Shown one piece after another: positions 46,042 to 58,676 of a stretch of DNA of 64,000 bases. The stretch is taken from contig MU004186.1 in assembly GCA_010093605.1 (NCBI GenBank), positions 1,654,616 to 1,718,615 on the forward strand, read 5' to 3'. How positions within the stretch are numbered: position 1 is the stretch's first letter; every line of letters begins with the position of its first letter. This stretch comes from Lophium mytilinum (lineage: Eukaryota). Under the pieces are notes generated by a model. The model did not search any database and was not told the DNA's origin. It saw only the letters and a program-made list of their open reading frames with translations. A program made the position numbers and the translations under genes.

Positions 46042-47914
46042 ATGGCTTCGCTTTCAGATAGTCTAGCTAGCATCATTCACGCGTTCCCGCCTGATGAACA
46101 ACCAAAATCTCTCCCTTCCGCATATGAAGAGACTATTCGATCCAAAAAGGAAGCCTTAGACACGATCCCTCAACCCTTTTCAAACGCGCCCCCTACAGAT
46201 CGCGCCGCAGCCGCAGTCAAGGCCAGTCAGATCATCTTCGGGACCAGGGCTGTCATCCCCCAAAGCTCTCTCTATGAGCAAGAACAACGCCGAAATTGGT
46301 CAGTATTCTTTTACTTCACTGCAAGAAGATCTCGTCTCACATTTACCAAGGTCGAGCACTTGCTGGCTCCCCGCAGCCTGCTTCCTCAAGCTCACATCCA
46401 CTTTGGAAGTAGCACTTGCGCTGAGAATCGGCAAATACTTCAGTTCTAGCTTTTCTATTCGAAGTGGTGGGCATAGTACGAATCCTAGCTTTGCTAGTAT
46501 TGGGGAAACTGGGATTGTTTTGGACCTGGGTGCGTTGAATGCCATTACGCTGCTGCCTGGAGGCGATGTTGTATCAGTGGGACCGGGTGCAACTTGGGAC
46601 AAGGTGTATGAAGAGCTCGAGAAGCATGAGATGACTGTCGTTGGGGGTCGGGTGTCTGGTGTAGGAGTTGGCGGACTAATCACAGGAGGTATGATATCCC
46701 CAGACTCTCCCTCCAGTATCAACCGAGAACTCACCTTTTTTCATAGGAGGCATGTCCCATTTCTCCAACCACTGGGGTCTCGCGTGCGACAACGTCAAGA
46801 ATTTCGAGGTACCCGACTTGTGAATTTCTCTTGATGCTCTTATACTTACCTCACAGATTGTGCTCGCCGACTCCACCATCGTCAACGCAAACGCAACGGA
46901 ACATGTCGATCTCTTCCGAGCACTGAAAGGCAGCGGATCTAACTTCGGTGAGAAATATGACCATTCAATTAGTCTCGTACTCAAGTCATCCTCATTCCGT
47001 AGGCATCGTTACCAAATTCGACCTCTATACGTACCCCGAGTACCGCGTCTGGTACACCTTCCGCGTTTACAGTGCCGAGCATACCGATCGCATCATGGAA
47101 GCATGTGCCAAAGTCCAGAAAGCCATGGAAGACGACGATCGCATTGGCTTCTTCCTGAATGTCAACGCGGGCTTCTTCGTTACAGGTATGCTGTACAGAG
47201 GATCGACGGAGCCTGGATCAGCGTTTACGGCATTCGATGATATCCCGATCATGGCTTCCCCGGTGCCAGAGACTCGCGGAACGCAGCTTTCGGTAGCCCG
47301 CGCTTCTGCGATGGAAGGGGATGCGAAGTGCGTAATATTCTTTTATGAGGATTACTGTCGGTAATGCTGACGTTTTTAGACGAGAAACTGCTACCTCTAC
47401 TGTGGGAGTGGATACGGAGCTCTACGCTGACTTGCACCACATTCTGCAAGAAATCGTCAACACCATCCCCCAATCAATCTCGCTTGCCTTTACCTTTCAA
47501 CCTATCGGTCCATCTGCTGTCAAGAAAGGTAACAAGCATGGCGGAAACTGCCTAAACATATCTCCGGAAAGGCAGTCATGTAAGTTACTCTGGCCACACT
47601 TCTGACTGCCTACTGATGTCCCGATCCTAGGGCTTGCAATCCTATGCCAGTGGACGGACGACGCAGACGACAACTTGGCCCGAAACAAGCTTCGTGAGCT
47701 CGTAGCGGGTATCGAATCCCTAGCTAAAGCACGTGGGAAGTTGCTGGACTTCCAGTTCATGAATGATGCATCGTATACACAGTCACCGTTGCGGAGCTAT
47801 GGCGTCGAAAGTTTGGAGTCTCTTCAGGCGGGGAGTCGAAAGTGGGATTCCGAAAGCGTCTTTCAGAGGCTACAGTGTTCCGGATTCCTGATGTCAAGAG
47901 CTGGGTCGGACTGA
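46042..47914 (+). CDS. FAD-binding (PCMH/VAO/BBE-like) oxidoreductase, multi-exon
   Basis: IRSGGHS (covalent-FAD His), VGPGATW..VY, VVGGR..GVGVGGL..GG, DLFRALKGSGSNFGIVTKF, and C-terminal MNDA...Q..L.SYG..W D...FQ.L..GF. Confidence 0.92.
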
Positions 47915-49582
47915 AGAATGGGACGATGATGTTGGATCGTTCGGCTGCTTGAAGACCTGGCGTATCCAAATCCCTTTTCCTATGATAATAAGATGCAGAA
48001 GCACACCAGCTGAATTAGCATGGAAATGTGCCATCAGACCAGTGGTCTGCGCAGAGGCTTAGCCTCGAATCGAAATACAATCTCTTCAAATACCCAAGTC
48101 CAAACAGCTGCGACTTTCAAGGGGAAACGAGGTCGGTGATAGCAGTCCTAGTCTCTAAGAAAAGCTGGGGCGTACCTAACAACACAATGCTGGATTTGTG
48201 TTTTCTTCAAGGTTTCATTTTCCCTCCATTTGCCTACGCCGACAACGCAAAGGATTAAAATAGGACGTGGGGTTGCACTGCCGGTCATGTCTGACCATCT
48301 AGAAAAGTTGGTTTTGGAATATCACGTGCTTTGTGGGACTTACAACAGTGGGCAGCTGAGGTGGTTTGCCTTCTTCTAGTAGCCGACTTCGCTTGGTCGA
48401 CTATGTTCAATGATGCAGGAATCGTGACCTCGGCGGCCTGGGGTCCTCTCGACTGGTGCGCATGAATTTCTGCAAGTCGCCAGTCTCCAGAAGTCAAGCC
48501 TAAATCGGTCAAAGACGAATAACAGGTTGGGGGAAGGGGAGGGCACCGAGGCCGGTGGGGAGAGGGGCGCGTAGAGAATGAGAGATATAAGACAGCTACA
48601 CGGTTCGACATGGCCTTCCTCTGTTACTACTTTCCGGAAGGCTCTTACGGACAAACAACAATCACAGAGTATTGGTATTGAGAAAAGAGACTGTTTGGTT
48701 ATTCAACTAACCGACAAGGCAAGCAAGAAAGCGGGAAGAATAGTCGGATGGACTGGAAGAGAAAAACTGCCGATGTTGACGAACTTCACCAACTATAACC
48801 ACTCTTTCATTCTGGGCGGCTGTTTGTTTCCTCTTCCCTTACCAGACTGGACACCTCCCGTACATGTATTAGCTAGTGCTACACCAACTCGAGTTACCCC
48901 TCTTATCTTCTCAAACGCCGTGAAAAACAACCGTGGGCCAATACACTCCAGCGGGAATTGCGAACCATTTTCGCCAAGCAGATCGAGATGAGGGGAATTC
49001 GCCGTTGCCTCGCCCCCCATTTATCGCCCGAGGTTTTATTAGGTGGGCCCGGTGCCACCACCAGCGCATCCGTCGCAATTCTCCCCGCACAGGGGGCGAA
49101 GCAGATGCATCCGGATCTCGGAGACGTCGACAAGGGTGAATGCGGCTACGTGGGGTTAGTTTGATAGAACTATGTCTTCATTCCATACAAGCGTACCCTA
49201 AATAGACTGACATCTCGTTTTTGATTTTCTTACCCAAGTAGGCCATGCACGCGCAGTGCTTCACGGACTACATTTACTCAGCCGTTTACATTTCTATATA
49301 CTAATGGAATAAAATGAACGCATTTGCTAGCTACAGGCGTATGATTCTAAACCGGGATATGTCCTGTGCCTTGGGAAAACTAAAATGCGTCGGACGGCTA
49401 GGTTGAAAGGAACGCAGTTAACGGGTTTCAATTCGAGGACGCTTACCAATGACCTATTTGGCGGTTCAGTAAAATTGTTCCCGTTGGTCGACGAGACTGC
49501 TCAACCATTCCTCTACGGATCGCACCGCAGTGGCGAAAGAGGTGTTTCCAGGTGGCTTGTCGAAGGATGCGACGACGCCAGT

Positions 49583-49728
49583 GTTCAGTTGCCTCGCGGT
49601 TCGCGATCGCGCAGGGCCTACCTCACTGGCAAAAGAGGCGTATTTCCAGAAGGCCAGTCGACGACGCGCGGGTCCGTGTCCCTTCCCTTGCGGTTCGCAT
49701 TGAATTGCGAACCGCGAGGCAACTGAAC
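49583..49728. repeat. Perfect 22-bp inverted repeat with a 102-bp GC-rich spacer
   Basis: GTTCAGTTGCCTCGCGGTTCGC (49583-49604) and GCGAACCGCGAGGCAACTGAAC (49707-49728). Confidence 0.9.
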
Positions 49729-50080
49729 GACACCTGCACCGGCTTCATTGCACACTTTGATTGGGGGCGCCGACTGCCTCTCAGGCCGGGCTGCATCGCA
49801 TCCCTTGTGTACCAGCGAATACATGGTGTGCCGCTTTGCGTCTCTGGTGGTGAATAGGGCTTATGCGACAGAGGGACATATATAAACTGGTGTCCCGCCA
49901 GCATGGCGATGTCTGTCCGCTAGCTTTCTTGCTTTATCCGTAGCACACTGTGAGTCTTTTGTCCCGTCTTAATTCGTATCGTACTGATGAAGAGACTTCG
50001 TAGGACTCCAGCTCGCCTCTTGATTAAGTCTCGCTGCTCACCTCACAGCCCGTTCTTCGCCGCTCTACCTCCGAAGCGCC

Positions 50081-50740
50081 ATGTCAGACTTCGAACCTCT
50101 CGACAGATTGGAATGCCGTCAAGACAATGATGAATGTGTACTCGATTTGAACTCGGACTTGAAGTAGTACGTTAGCTTCGTACTCCCATCCTCCTTGGGA
50201 CCCTCAGCAGCTTCCATACTTACACTTCCCCATAGCACCGTCAACAATCAGCACGATACCATGGTGTCCCCAGAGCACCTCACCATCGAGGCCGATCACC
50301 ATCTCTCCATCATCTTGCGGACCTCCGAGGACCTTCTTGGTTCCACAACGGGGCCAACACACCCTGGTCATGACAGCACCCCGACCAGCGATGTTGCTAA
50401 TCCACCGATGCTGCCCACCACCACCACCACCGCCGCCGCAGCCGTCACCAACAGCTCCGCTTCTTACACCTCCATAACTACCCCTAGACTCCTTACTCAA
50501 ACCAACTTGAAGCATCACACTGCCAACCCACCCTTACCCCTTGCTCCAGGTGACATTGACTCCAAGCTTCAGGCTATCCGCGATGCAGCTTCCGGTATAG
50601 GTCTAGTCTTGCCAACCAAGACGCAACTTGAGATCTTGGGTGATATGAAGAAACATGGGAGAGGAGTAATGGAGAGATGGATGGGGGAGCAAGAGGGTAT
50701 ATTTGTCGGAGAAGCGGTACACCCTGATGTATCTGATTGA
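50081..50740 (+). CDS. Small hypothetical protein (exons 50081-50166, 50236-50740)
   Basis: A phase-2 GTACGT...TAG intron joins ATG 50081 in frame to the 181-aa ORF; TATATAAA at ~49879. Confidence 0.7.
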
Positions 50741-50873
50741 GGCAAAGCACGAGATCATACAAGACATGGATAAACATGGGAGAGGAGTGATGGAGAAATG
50801 GATGAGGGAGCGAAAGGGTATGTTTGTCGGAGAGGCGGTACGGCCTGATGTATCTGATTGAGCAAAAGCACGA
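50642..50873 (+). repeat. Tandem duplication (~110-bp unit, 121-bp period) of the gene's 3' end including the stop codon
   Basis: 50642-50752 versus 50763-50873: AAACATGGGAGAGGAGT.ATGGAGA.ATGGATG...TTTGTCGGAGA.GCGGTAC..CCTGATGTATCTGATTGAG..AAAGCACGA. Confidence 0.92.
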
Positions 50874-51096
50874 TGATAGAGCTGTGTCAAGACGGGCTTT
50901 ATAAGGGTTCATCAGAGATGAGAGTGAAGAAAATTTGATGATCATGTCGCATCCGAGCCTCTACGTTACCTGCGTGTCATACCGTCTCCACAGTTCTTCC
51001 CAACCTTCAAACAGCAACCACACCACCAAGACATCCATCTCTTCCAAAACCTCCCACTCACAAAAGATTCTCCGCCCCGCCCCGCCCACCACCCTC

Positions 51097-53316
51097 CTAA
51101 CACCCCTCCGGCAAATCAAACTTATTCGCCACCGTACTCGTCGCACTACTCCCCAACCCCCTCTTCGCAAACGCCTCCCAAATCTCACACTTATTCTCCC
51201 CCCCCGTCAACGCCGTATCCGCATCCACAATCGCATCCCTCGCCTGCAAAAACGTCGGCGAACACGGCTGCAACGCCATCGCATCAATCACCAACTTCAT
51301 CGCCAAAAACCGCCCATCAACCGGTACCCCGCTCTCATCAAACGTCGGCCGGATATCCGCCGTATTCCCATGCTTATCGATCAAGTTCCACAGCAAATCA
51401 TACAGCATCGTCGCCCACGTCTCGCCGACATCGTGCACCTCCGTGCTGGCCTTGAGGTCCGCGTACGTGTGCGGGTTGCGCGTCATGTCCGTTGAGTAGG
51501 GGTAGTCGCGGATGCCTTTCGCGTCGTTGATGACCCAGGCGCCCTCGATGAAGTCGGTGTCGCGCGTCGCGTCGGCGGGCGTGAGGATCGCCGCGCCCAT
51601 AAAGTCGCCCCAGCCCTCGCCCATGCCGCCAGCCTGCGCCGTGTTGAGGCAGCCGACGTTGGCGGGCCCGCCGGTAAGCCGGTTGGAGACGCCGTGGGTG
51701 TACTCGTGGATGACGACGTCGGCGCTGAGCGCCCCGTCGCGGTCGGGAGTGGTCACGGTGAAGAGGAACATCTGCATGCGCGACTTCTGGCCGTCGGGGA
51801 GCGTGCGGAAGTTGGCGTTATTCGTGCCCGAGGCGTCTTGGGCGTCGAGAATGATGGGGTCGCCGCCTTTGCCGCCGTTGGAGCCGTTGTCGTCTTCGAA
51901 GTTGCCGGCGGCTTCGTTGAAGCCGAGGAGGTAGAGGAGGTCGTGGTACATGTTTGCCGTGTAGAAGAGCTGGGTTACTGTGGCGTTGATGTAGTTGTGG
52001 GGATTGGTTTCGTTCCCGGTGTAGGGGTAGTCGAATTCCAAGTCCGCAGGGTGTGGCCGATATGCAGATGCGTAGTCGTCGTCGGCATCCCAGTCTTCCT
52101 GTGCGTAGCCATTGTTACCCATTGTCGTATCGTACTCAGTGCCTTTCGAACTGTGCCAGCCATTGGGTGAGGCAGTGGTATCCCATGGATCCTTTTCAAG
52201 AGTCCTCTCTCCGACACTAGGATCATGGACGCCCCACTTGTAAACTTCGTATGTTGCATCAGCCACATAGTCCATAGCTCCGAGAATGCTCTTCGGCGAC
52301 GAGGTATCGGTGTAAGTCACCAGATAGTTGGTGATGACATCGGTCTGGACTCGCCATGACAAGGCGAGCGTACCATCCGGCTTCTGGAAGTAGACGAGCG
52401 TAGTGATTGGATCACTATCCGCGCCTGTGGTTCCCGTGATTTTATACTCCTCGTGGGCTCCTGTCGCTTCAGCGGAGGCGCCATCGGCAGAGATGCCAAG
52501 TTCCAGGGCATCACTGACAGCCTTCAGTGCCGGGACGGGATCCGAAAACTCCCGCCTCTGGAGAGGGCTGGCGGCGGGAATCGCACCTTGGAAGACAGAA
52601 TCTCCATAGGAGAATACACTTCCGTCTTTTGCAATCTGTGCAAGTGCATTGGATTAGCTTAGCTAGACCATGAGGCTGATAGGAATAGAACGCAGAAGGT
52701 GCTCAATTCTGAACCAGTTTTAGAATGCGCAAAGCTACTTACGTTGACGTTCAAATCAGCATTATCAATATCCAAGCCATGGGCAGTCTGCTTGAAGTAA
52801 ACATGACCAATCCCGTTGGCCCCAACGTAGGAGTCATCGGCGACACGAAAGTCGGCGTGCTTGAAGGTTTTGGCAACGAATGCCTTAGCGGTCTCGAGAT
52901 AGTCATTGCCAGCGGATAAAGAACGGAATAACTTGAGTGCACTATACGAAGCATGAGCTCGGATTCCAATCGTGTCATGGCTCTAGAACGCTCAAGAGGA
53001 CGTAAACAGGTATCTGAACTCCATATTGCATGGCCCGATGTCAGGCAGTAGATGTCTTCAGAGAATGCCATCAAGAAATTATGGCATGATAAGATTGAAA
53101 GTTTCGAGTATAGAAAACCACATACCTATCACCACTGTCGGCATTGACATAGTTCGCAGTAGTCGTCAGCCTGAACTTGCTGATATCAACCTGGCGACGT
53201 TGAAGAGACTGAACACGGTGATCATGTTGACCAGTGCTGACAAGCGGATGAGCAATGGTTTGTCCAATGAAAAGAGCGGCGAAAGCCTTGGTTGCCAAAG
53301 AAAAGGCCATCTTCAT
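51097..53316 (-). CDS. mep: Fungalysin (peptidase M36) extracellular zinc metalloprotease, 3 exons
   Basis: Signal/propeptide ([19 protein letters not shown]); mature [37 protein letters not shown] and GMGEGWGDF. Confidence 0.96.
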
Positions 53317-54721
53317 GATAGAGCGAGCGTGAGCGAATGCGATGCTGTTGGCTGGTTTCCTGCCTCTATTCGGGCGTAAAACAGAGAGCTTTTATATAGC
53401 TATTCTCTACCCTGCCGCTAAGGAACGCCATATTGAGCTTCCGAATGAGGAGCGACAAGTCCATAGTATCGGGCAAGATCGTGGCCGCGTCGTGCAGACG
53501 ACGGCGGGGAATTTCGAGCCGTCAAGCGGATCATACCACCCTCATCCGCTTTAGCATTGACTGAAACGGAGGGAGTTTCTGGTCCAAATGGGAAGATTTC
53601 GGTAGTGCGGCCTTGAACGAGACATCGTTCTGCGGAGAGCGATCCCTTCCAATCTCAATCATCGGGGACTATCCATTTTGGCCTTAGGAAGCAGAAAGCG
53701 AGGTAGGGGAGACATATGAGCGGAGAGCAGGCACTGGGCTGTTGTTATCTTGCGAATAAGAAGGTCAGATGGTGTGAGGTTGAAGTATAGCTTGCAGATT
53801 CCTGTTCGGGAGCTTAACGTAGTGCTACCAGCTCATCATGAGTGGCCACAAGACGAGACTCTGAAATGAATCCAAGCATTGGCAGTGTTTAGTGTCTAGG
53901 CCATATAAAGGTACACGCTGGCGTAGTGAGTGACCTTCCTCAAAGGGTCTCTCGTGAGGCCGACGATGCGAGTGACAGGGAGACGGGGCTGAGGTTGCGA
54001 GGAGGAGCAGGACCTCGGCGGCTTCGGTTCCTTTTCAAGCTTATCTCACTCCCTATTCTTAGCGCCGGATCGGTCGTGCACGGCTCGGCGCGCGATCTTC
54101 CAACGGCAAATTCGGATGTCACATTCTTGGCTGCAGCGGACCGTCGCCCGTTGTGGCCGCTAACTTGGATTGAAGGCGGACTCCAGGTTCTGCAAATAGC
54201 TCGTCCTTTGGTTGCGCCTCGGATTAAACGTGGGTGGGTGGCTTCGTTGTTGAGAGTCAATGCCCGTTGATGAGCGCTGTGGCTTGGTTCGATTCAATCG
54301 TAGTTGCCTTCTATCTAGCTCTTGAGAACATTAGGCCGTGTCGGCGGCCAAATGCAGCAACAAAACATATCCCTGTGCCACCTTTCTCAAGATAGATGGA
54401 CGATCCTTTCCGTTTGTTGGCTGGAGTTCTCAAACGAGCGCAGCGGGAATGACGCCCCCAGCTGCGATTCTGATGCGACCATTATTGACTCCACTCGTGT
54501 TGGGATCATATATATATATCCCCAGGCCATTCGACTGGCGGCTGCAGACTTGATGTGAGGTATAAAGACCTAAATGGAAGGACGTCTCGAGCGTAGAATT
54601 GCGAAGGATTGGAGAGGTGGTATCATAATGTCTCATTCAATCAAGCCGGTAGCCTCATCTCATCAGTTTCATCTTTTTGGTTAGATATGTAATGAGATCT
54701 GCTCGACCAGCAGCAGCAGTG

Positions 54722-56941
54722 TTACGAAGGCTTTTCTAGATGATAGCTCGTACCACTAGCTCCATCGTTCGGACTCTCATACGGCCGGTAGTATTGTATA
54801 TGCGATGGCATCAAGGCATTGATGGGCTGTTGTGGCCCGTAATAATAGGCCTGCGGCGGGAAATGCGAATTGCCAACTTGTCCGCTAGGAAATGAAGAAG
54901 GGAACGGCGGCCACGGCGGCGAAAGTTTACTCTTCGCGAACTCCAAGAGCTTCATTCCAAACAACCCATCCGAGTACGGGATATCCGGGAGCTTATATTG
55001 CTTCCTCGTGAAGATCGCGTCGGTGACAATTGTTACCTGCCTAGAGAAATCGCCTGGCGCATCGTCGGCAGTATTGTCCTCCACTGCCTTCCGCGTCGAT
55101 ACGCTAATCGCAGCTCGAACAACGGAATCGAGGCAGTCAGTGAAGGCAAACATTTGCATGTACGTTCTGAACGCATTACTCGAGTAGTCGGACCACTGCG
55201 CAGAGATAGGAAAATAATGCGGATTTTTCAACATCTCAATTTGTGGATTGAACACGGCCGAGCGCTGCGTTGAGAACATAGTTTCGACCAGCTGGGAACG
55301 GATCGGATCGCGGAATTTCCTGATGGCGAGCTCGAGAGGTGCTCGCCATTTAGCATCTCGGATTGTGGGATCGGCTTTTGTTAGAAGAGCCTCCAGGTAT
55401 TTGGCGACATCGAGATCTCTAGGGCGTTCAAGCAGCTTTGTGAGAGCTGTAAAGCCATCTCCATCGCGTATATCGGGGTCCACTCCTCTCTCAAGTAACC
55501 TCCTCACCATTTGCAGGGGTGTCCTGCCACTCGGTTTCCACTTGCGATGTTCGCACTGGTCTAGTATTGTGTGTAGAATCCGAGTGCCATGAATATTGGC
55601 GACATTAGCGTGATCCACAAGAAGGTCCGCTAATTCCGATCCAGGTGTATGGAACAGCAAGTAATGAATGAATGACACGTCCTCAGAGTTGGGGAATTCA
55701 GGAAGTCTATTCGAATTTTCGTATGAAGTTTTTGAGAGGAAGAAACGTAGACAAGAGATCTCATGATCATTGAGAGAAGAGTACCAGGTGGGATCTGATA
55801 TCATAGGAGCCATGAAACGCTCGAAGAGATCATCGACAGGCCGACGTGACTCCGTCCAAGCCTCATGGGAAGTAAGGATCTCTAGTACCTTCGCCCATGT
55901 GTAGCGAGCATCTGGCCAGGAATCCCTTCTCAGGTCGACAGCCTGTTGCGCTAAGTATCGAATGAATTTAGGCAAGGTGGTATCAATAGAGCCACGTTCT
56001 TCGTCGTAAAGCGGATGTTTGTTGTCGAAAGTATCGAGGAGAGCCTGAACGATCTCTGGCGCTCGCGACTTACACACCGCGATCTTCAATGCAGCCTGCA
56101 TATCGTCTCGGTGTACAGGACCATGTTGAAGGAAGACGCTGACGTTGTCAACGACACCGAGGCGCACGGCATGCTGTAGGGGACTCTCTCCTTCGAACGA
56201 GGCACGACTGTCTGCCCCATGATCAAGAAGCAATTTTACCATCTCTGCACAGTCCACCCCAGCAGCAGTATAGAGAAGGGTTCTCCCCGAGTCGTTGGTA
56301 ATGTTGATGTAATCATCCCCATTTTCTGACTCGAGGAGATGCTGCGCGTCTGGGACATTGGCGTGGCCCACGGCGATAACCAGCCTCCGAAGAGTGGCAT
56401 CGACTTGCATGATGTGTGTCATGGGCGTTGGATAGGTGGACATGCTGGGTGCGGTGAAGACAGCCACATTGACGTTGTCAAAGATCTCTTCAGGTTGCCT
56501 GGAAATCGTGAGACTAGTTTCACAGCACTCCGACGCAGCACTATGCCGAATATGAATGAAACCAGGAAGAAGGGGAAGAAGAAGTGACTCGAAAGAAGCT
56601 TACATTGATGTCCTTGTAGTCTTGCTACTACGCCTCGACGCGTTTGGCTTATGCGGCATCGAACATGCCCTCTTCGATACGCTTTTTCTTTTCTGAGCGT
56701 TCCAATCTTTAAACTTCATACGGTACGCCCGAGGGCTAGTAGGCGTGTTAGTCAGCAATAATACATAGAGAGCCAGCCGAGGTGGTGCGAGCGCCGCAGA
56801 AGTGGATGCTTGCGAAGTAACTCACCTTGCTTCGAAGCCGTACTTGTCTTTCATATGCTTTATCACGCTGTCGAGGGGCTTGTTGTGCGCGACATACAAC
56901 TCTTCGATGACGGGCCGGTGCTTAGCCCAGTCATACAGCAT
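54722..56941 (-). CDS. Clr5-domain + ankyrin-repeat protein (paralogue A), 3 exons
   Basis: Exons 1-2 read MLYDWAKHRPVIEELYV..NKPLDSV..HM..KYGFEAS.RAYRMKFKDW (Clr5 pattern); then ankyrin repeats GRTLLYTAA..MVKLLLDHGAD, GESPLQHAV and LLERGVDPD..DGDGFTAL. Confidence 0.85.
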
Positions 56942-57651
56942 AGCGAACAAGGCGGCGGACTTTGAGGCGCTTGGGTGTTAGTGGAGAAGGGATGGTCACC
57001 TGACCATAGGGAGTCCAAGCAGATGTCGAGAGGCGCAGTCTGTAATCAACGTGTGCAGAATGGCGTGATGTTTGCAGTCTGATAGGGCTTGATCGTCTCC
57101 TTATGCGCTGAGAGACAGGAAGCTGATGACCAGCAGCCGCTGCGAGTAGTGTTGCTGGGATTTTGCGTCTTGACATGTTGCTCAGGACGAGATGAACGGG
57201 GATGCTGGAAGGGGACCCCATTGGACGGGGAAGCAGGGGACCTGACCCGCAGGCGGAGGGACATGAAGGTTTCGGGTGGTCGTTGGGACACAGGCAGAGG
57301 AGCCCGCCTGCGAACGCAATGATTCGGCCGGGGGCTGCGGCAGCTCCCGGCCGCCTCACCGATGAGCCGTTCTGAAGATGTGGGCTGTGCTGGCCGGGTG
57401 TGCACCATCCCGTCAGCCTTGCAGCCCACGAATCGCCGCCAGTGCTGCACGACGACGGCGCCAGGAGTAGCTGCCGCAGCCGTTGCGCAACCCCTTCCGA
57501 CCCTTTGTGACGTCTTCCCGTCCGAATCTGCATGCACGAGTCCTGTTCTGGAGGCGCCCTGCCTGCAAGGCTGTGGCCCAAGCGCTGCACCTGAAGATCC
57601 GTACAGTGCACGGCTCTGCATGCACTGGCTTCTTGGGCAAGACTGGTGCTA

Positions 57652-57988
57652 CAGTAAAACCTGATTATAGTGTTTCCGGTGGATAGTGATATACTCTATA
57701 GAGTGATAAATTTCGGCTGACCGTGGAAATTTGTATGGGTATAGTAATATCCTTGCTTACTATGGTATCACTAGTACCCCCTCACCAAAATCATACTAAC
57801 CAGGGGGGTTTTTGTATAGGCGGGTGGTCCGTGGCACCTCCGACCGCCGCTAAAGACCCCTTAATTTCGCTGTTTTGGGGGTCAATGGCTTACAAATCGC
57901 ACACACGTGACTTTTGTTACAGTGATACTCTCCGTACAGTGATACGAAACCTCGGAAAAAACCGTATCACTGTAATCAGGTTTTACTG
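57652..57988. mobile_element. Tc1/mariner-pogo-type MITE (337 bp), TA target duplication
   Basis: TIR CAGTAAAACCTGATTAYAGTG (20/21 identical) flanked by TA at 57650-57651 and 57989-57990; several subterminal AGTGATA/TATCACT motifs; AT-rich interior with no transposase ORF. Confidence 0.92.
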
Positions 57989-58433
57989 TATCTAAGAGAC
58001 TGGCTTTCTGAGGCCCCGGACGCCCAGACTGCCGGGCATATCGGAACGTTACCAGCGTTGGATTGCTACCAGTTCATTGGGTTACGTTCCGGTACGACGA
58101 CGCCGCAGACATCCTGTATGTAGTGGCTGCGTATGTCCAATGAACCCAGTATCTCGGGTCGCTTGACGTCGAGGTGACGGTCTAGGTTCGGTGGCCTTTT
58201 CAGTGACTCCGTGTAGAGCTTTCCTCACACTAGTCAACCGTTGCCCGTGCGCTATTGGTTGGTTGGATGTTTTTGTGCAAGAGCTAGGGCGAGTTGATTA
58301 GTTCATACGTCTCCGCCGTCTAGGCGGGCTCAAACTGTCTCCATTAGTTTCTCTCTCCACCGCATTGTCACGAGGAAGTGCAAACTCGATGTTGGTTTCT
58401 GAGGGAGACATTGTGTCATATAGGGTAAAGTCG

Positions 58434-58541
58434 GAGCTGCTTGTAGGAACTGGCTCTCGTTGCTGATTTCGGTATGAAGTAAAAACAAGGCCTGAGCTAC
58501 TTGCAGGAACTGGCTCCTGTTGTTGTCTCCGGTATGAAGTA
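58434..58541. repeat. Two-copy 60-bp-period direct repeat
   Basis: GAGCT.CTTG.AGGAACTGGCTC..GTTG.TG.T.CGGTATGAAGTA at 58434 and 58494; reads TSYR.QQ.EPVP.SSS twice on the minus strand. Confidence 0.85.
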
Positions 58542-58676
58542 TGTGGGCGAGGTATGGTATAGGGAGGCAGAGGCTGCTGGAAAACTGGTGGATGCGGGAG
58601 AAATAGCTTCTCTTGTGGCGTGAGATGTGGTGATAACGTGGACTGCCTTGGCGAAGACTGGCGACGAATGGCAGGG

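Noticed and set aside
50935..52170. Plus-strand ORFs overlapping fungalysin
   Set aside because: Antisense shadows of a codon-biased gene.
56931..57664. GC-rich ORFs (226, 191 and 100 aa) upstream of Clr5-ankyrin A
   Set aside because: Overlapping frames on both strands with no family motifs; the Clr5 gene has its own ATG at 56941 preceded by an in-frame stop.
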